The position numbers and the translations under genes were made by a program. DNA of 36,216 nt from positions 1 to 36,216 of the forward strand of contig LT649339.1 of NCBI GenBank assembly GCA_900128395.1, given 5' to 3'. This document shows positions 32,265-36,216 of this stretch, piece by piece (position 1 is the stretch's first letter; the number at the start of each line of letters is the position of its first letter). Source of the DNA: Stramenopiles sp. TOSAG23-2. Taxonomy: Eukaryota. The notes under the pieces were generated by a model. It made no database searches and was not told where the DNA came from. It saw only the letters and a program-made list of their open reading frames with translations.

Positions 32265-33350
32265 TTACTTTTTTTTATCAGAATCAGTTTTGACATATTT
32301 CATCAATTCTGACTTTAAATGATTTAATTGTTGCTTTAAATCTTTTTCCTCCAAGCGTTGTACTTCTATTTTTTTTTCCATAGCTGACATCATCTCTCCC
32401 ATTTCGCTTTTTTGTTTCTCTAATGCTCCGATGGTTGAACGTTGTTGGTAAAGTTGATTTTTTAGTGATTTTAATTCGTTGCTTGTTGCTTGCATTGTAC
32501 CACTTCTAGCCTCTAATGCCATCATACTCTCTTGTAAATGACTTTTAGCTTTACTAGCCAATGCATCTGAAACATATCTTCTCCAATGCTTAAGTGTATT
32601 GCGTTTTATATCAACTGGTGTTTTAATGAAAAACTTTTCAAAACGTTTAATTTCCTCCTTACTTCTAATCATACAACCATGCCATGCAAAAAATGTCATA
32701 CTTAAACATAATTTTTCCCATCTGCCTACTATTTTCCATACCATAACATCTCGTAAACGTTCTAATAATCTACGATCACTTGTATTTGACATTAAATCGC
32801 CTAAAATTTGGCCCCGTTTTTGTAGCAAAAAAAATTTTTTTCGACGTTTTACAAAAACATGTTGGTCTAGGGAACGCCTTTCTCCCCCACCGACTGATAA
32901 ACGTGTGCCTTCACCTTGATTTTTCATATATGTATCTACATGCGACGCTTGACGGGACCGTTTATTAGGCATTCCACTCATTGTTTTTACTTTTTCAGCA
33001 TTATTTATTGCATATTGCAACATTGGGTCTTTCTTAACTTCCCGCAATGATGCCGTAAATGGATTTTCCATCTGATGAAAAAGATTTTTCATAGTTTGCT
33101 TTGTTGGCCCACCCAAAGACATCATATTTCCATATTCAATAACTAAAGATCCAGGTTCATCCTCGTTGATTCGACCTATATCTGATAAATGTACATTTGT
33201 TTTCATTTGTTTTCTTATCTGTAAGTTTTTATTGTTGATAGGTTTTAACTCATATGTTGGCGCCATGATAAGTGGTGATACCGGTGTGTATATCGATGGA
33301 ATAGATGTATATGGATATTTAACTGTTTCTTTTCTGAAAAGTAATAACAT
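32265..33350 (-). CDS. Hypothetical coiled-coil protein with Sfi1-like W-containing helices; 5' end uncertain
   Basis: 361-aa ORF with LSMTFFAWH, LKHWRRY and a C-terminal heptad coiled coil. The first codons overlap an acceptor-like TTTTCAG, so an upstream exon is possible. Confidence 0.65.
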   Translation of the reverse strand: MLLLFRKETVKYPYTSIPSIYTPVSPLIMAPTYELKPINNKNLQIRKQMKTNVHLSDIGRINEDEPGSLVIEYGNMMSLGGPTKQTMKNLFHQMENPFTASLREVKKDPMLQYAINNAEKVKTMSGMPNKRSRQASHVDTYMKNQGEGTRLSVGGGERRSLDQHVFVKRRKKFFLLQKRGQILGDLMSNTSDRRLLERLRDVMVWKIVGRWEKLCLSMTFFAWHGCMIRSKEEIKRFEKFFIKTPVDIKRNTLKHWRRYVSDALASKAKSHLQESMMALEARSGTMQATSNELKSLKNQLYQQRSTIGALEKQKSEMGEMMSAMEKKIEVQRLEEKDLKQQLNHLKSELMKYVKTDSDKKK

Positions 33351-34029
33351 GTAAATGTATAATCTTATTTATAGATATATTATAATTAAACTATTAGTTT
33401 AAGTTGTATTATTATATAAATATAATTAATAATAATAATACTATAATAATTGCAACCAATTATAATTAAAGCCCGTTCATAGTGCCATATGTGCATATTA
33501 CCTGTAATAGCCATAATAAAAAAAAATTAAAAAAAAAAAAATGTAACAGATACAAAAAAGAAAATGAAAAAAAAAGCTAAAGCCTGTCCTGTTGTTACTG
33601 TGGCTGTGTGTGATGTGAATATTAATAGAACTACAGATATATTATGTATGATAGAAAGCTATACAGGAAAAGGCTGGAAAGGAAGTGCAAAAGAAGAAAG
33701 CTTAAATTTGAATATAATAAATGCTGGCGCTGTAAAGTCTGGGGCAAATTAAAAAGTTACCAAAATTCCGTTTTATATAGTAAGTTTTGATTAAATATCC
33801 GCTTTTTAAAACTCTCTTTTGCCGGTTTAAGCTCTGGATTATTTTAATTTATATTTAGTAGTATAGAGATTTATTATAGGTCCTTTTTGCTCCTAATCAG
33901 CTATAATCAGTCTACCCCCTAAAAAAAAGCCTGTGTGAATGGATATAAATATTGAGATGGATAGATATAGATAGATAGATATAGATAGATAGATGAAGAC
34001 ATAACATAAGTCAATATCAACTATAAAAG

Positions 34030-34950
34030 ATGAAACCAAACTATGTATTAAATGCATGGAGAAATAAAAAGCAAACATTAGGGGCATGGGTAGGTGTGAA
34101 TTCAATAAACGTAGCCGAGTCAATGGCTCATAGTGGTTTTGATTGGTTAGTTATTGACTGTCAACATGGTTTGATAGAAATGAACGCTTTGCCAGCATTG
34201 ATAGCCGCAATTAATACTACAAACACTGTACCGTTTGTACGAGTAAAATCTAACAACTTTGGGGATATCAATAAGGCCTTGGATTCTGGTGCTTTAGGGG
34301 TAATAGTGCCAATGATTAATAATGCTGAAGAAGCCCGGGCAGCAGTTGATGCAATGAGATATCCTTCCAGTAAAGGTTACGGTAAAAGATCTACTGGGCC
34401 GACAAGACCAATGATGGCATATGGGAAAGATTATCTTTATGAAGCAAATAAAAATGTTGCTTGTATTCTACAAATTGAAACGATAGATGGTCTAGCTAAT
34501 GTTGAAGAAATTGCTGCTGTTCCTGGCGTTGATTGCTTGTACGTAGGTCCTACAGACTTGGCATTTGGTTTGGGCCTATTCCCAGGCGGTGAATGGGAAG
34601 GGAAGCGAAATGGAAGCTGGTTCTTAAAAATATTTCAACAAGATTCACATAAGAAGGCATTGAAAACAATTTTAGATTGTTGCCATCGACACAATATTGC
34701 TGGAATAATGCATACACTTGGTATAAATGAGACATCCAAAATGTATATAAAAGATGGTTGGGATGGTATAATGTCAGGTTCTGCGAAAGGATGGATGAGT
34801 CGTGGTGCTGGCGGTGCATTACGAGAGTTGAGGCCCATGGTAAAAAGTATTATTCCGAGAAAAATTACCGCTGACGATGACGTACTGCATCAATTAGCAG
34901 CTGGGAAAATTACCGTTGAAGATGCAAAGTTATTGATGAGTAATTTATAA
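34030..34950 (+). CDS. HpcH/HpaI (GarL/RhmA) class II pyruvate aldolase family protein with C-terminal extension
   Basis: GFDWLVIDCQHG, PFVRV, ALDSGALGVIVPMI, QIET and LYVGPTDL. The gene is intronless. Confidence 0.92.
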   Translation: MKPNYVLNAWRNKKQTLGAWVGVNSINVAESMAHSGFDWLVIDCQHGLIEMNALPALIAAINTTNTVPFVRVKSNNFGDINKALDSGALGVIVPMINNAEEARAAVDAMRYPSSKGYGKRSTGPTRPMMAYGKDYLYEANKNVACILQIETIDGLANVEEIAAVPGVDCLYVGPTDLAFGLGLFPGGEWEGKRNGSWFLKIFQQDSHKKALKTILDCCHRHNIAGIMHTLGINETSKMYIKDGWDGIMSGSAKGWMSRGAGGALRELRPMVKSIIPRKITADDDVLHQLAAGKITVEDAKLLMSNL

Positions 34951-35028
34951 AAAATATGATATGATGCACTACGAAACATATATATATATGTATTATAATG
35001 TACATCATATATATTATTATTAATGTAT

Positions 35029-35065
35029 TATGCGCGCGCGCGTGTGTGTGTGTGTGTGTGTGTAT
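35029..35065. repeat. Alternating purine-pyrimidine microsatellite (GC)n(GT)n
   Basis: tatgcgcgcgcgcgtgtgtgtgtgtgtgtgtgtgtat read directly. Confidence 0.9.
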
Positions 35066-35771
35066 TTTAGCACTTTCTACTAAATTTCCAAGGAAATCAT
35101 TTATCTATATTCCTGAAATATCAATTTATATATTTATCAACATAAAAATATCCATAAAAAGGTGCAAAATAATTTTTTTTCAAAAAAGGAGCAATTAACT
35201 AGGGCTGTGCTAAGTAATATACGGAAAATGTAAGGAATATATGATATCTTGAAAAAAATAACACTAATCATAATGGAAGATGCCCAATTTGATCAGAGTA
35301 GCTTTTGCAGTCAGTTTTTCAGCATTTAATAATCGAATAATACTAAATGTCGTAAACCCCAACAAAAATTATCCATGAAAACATATATTTACTAATCTTA
35401 TTTTCATGCTAAGCTGGATATTCGAATAATCAATTGTCACAAAAATGATCCATGATATATTTATACTAATTTTATTTTCATGCTAACTGGCTTAAGTTGC
35501 TGTTGGATATTCATGTTAATATATATGTATCTTCGTATTCTTCATCAACATACACATCTATATTTACATATACATCGATACTGTATAGCAAAATCCTCAT
35601 CATTATTTTTTGTATTGGTATAGTAGAGTACATTCTACTATTTTATTTCTTTTGTTCATCTTTTTAAATTTTGGATATTTGGCATATATAATTTATAATC
35701 ACCATATATATATATATATAAGACATTTTTATTAATTAAAGGCATTATTCATATTTATTGTTTTATTAACA

Positions 35772-36216
35772 ATGAATAAATTTAACATTATTATTCTTTT
35801 GATTACAATATCAGTATTATCATTATTTAATGGAGATGTATTGGTAGTGAATGCAAGGCCCAGTTATCCTGGGTGTAATTTAGTTGGTTCCTCTACTAAC
35901 GTCATGACGCGTCCTACGATTATGGGTGCAACGCCAATCGATGCAACAAATTTAATTACGTTTTCAGCAAGTCAATATTCACAAGGAGACGAGAAAATTA
36001 CGGTAACGTTGGCAAATTTACAATCGGGCGGTGCTGTTATTCATACAAGTGCTGGTACATTGTCATCTGCAAATAATGCACAAACTACACCAACTGGATA
36101 TACTGCAAAAACCGGCTGTACTGACAAAATGTTTTACAAACAAGACGGTGTTGGTGCTACGTTAACATTATATTTAACCGTTCCAACTGATATTACATCA
36201 GTAAATTCCATCACAG
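35772..36216 (+). CDS. Secreted protein, N-terminal part (runs off the window); possibly Reeler-like domain
   Basis: The frame is open from ATG 35772 to the window end: MNKFNIIILLITISVLSLFNGDVLVVNA|RPSYPGC...YSQGDEKITVTL...AGTL...GC...LYLTVP. It has a hydrophobic signal peptide with a VNA cleavage-like site and is absent from the ORF track because it has no stop. Confidence 0.75.
   Translation, partial: MNKFNIIILLITISVLSLFNGDVLVVNARPSYPGCNLVGSSTNVMTRPTIMGATPIDATNLITFSASQYSQGDEKITVTLANLQSGGAVIHTSAGTLSSANNAQTTPTGYTAKTGCTDKMFYKQDGVGATLTLYLTVPTDITSVNSIT

Noticed and set aside
35199-35400. TAGGGCTGTGC as a hAT-like terminus and a possible minus-strand coding relic
   Set aside because: No matching inverted end was found in the window, and the reading frames are short and interrupted.

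Overview
This is a gene-dense, strongly AT-rich, intron-poor piece of a eukaryotic nuclear genome. It uses the standard code and has poly-Asn/Ser/Thr tracts, microsatellites and one clear GT-AG intron. A heterotrophic protist, possibly a stramenopile, is inferred but cannot be proven here. About 16 protein-coding genes lie mostly in alternating head-to-head and tail-to-tail orientation: KDM6-type JmjC demethylase, F-box/TPR protein, Pus10, FAXDC2-like hydroxylase, SDHB, HADHB, PPWD1, a Tcp10_C-like repeat protein, an unknown N-rich protein, an ABHD/YheT hydrolase, a P1B-1 copper ATPase, a SAM mitochondrial carrier, a FAAP100-like protein, a coiled-coil protein, an HpcH/HpaI aldolase and a truncated secreted protein. 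The most notable observations are: (i) the Cu-ATPase has two C-terminal CxCx4CxCx2Cx2H repeats with Mac1-type copper-sensor spacing and a very recent HMA-domain duplication; (ii) a 1.3-kb TTAA-flanked TIR element, probably a non-autonomous Kolobok-type transposon with a frameshifted coding remnant; (iii) a putative Fanconi core-complex FAAP100 homolog; (iv) a bacterial-type aldolase with a SHOCT-like tail; (v) two 5'-truncated gene fragments fused back to back. No rRNA, tRNA or CRISPR array was seen. All family calls come from remembered motifs, not database searches.
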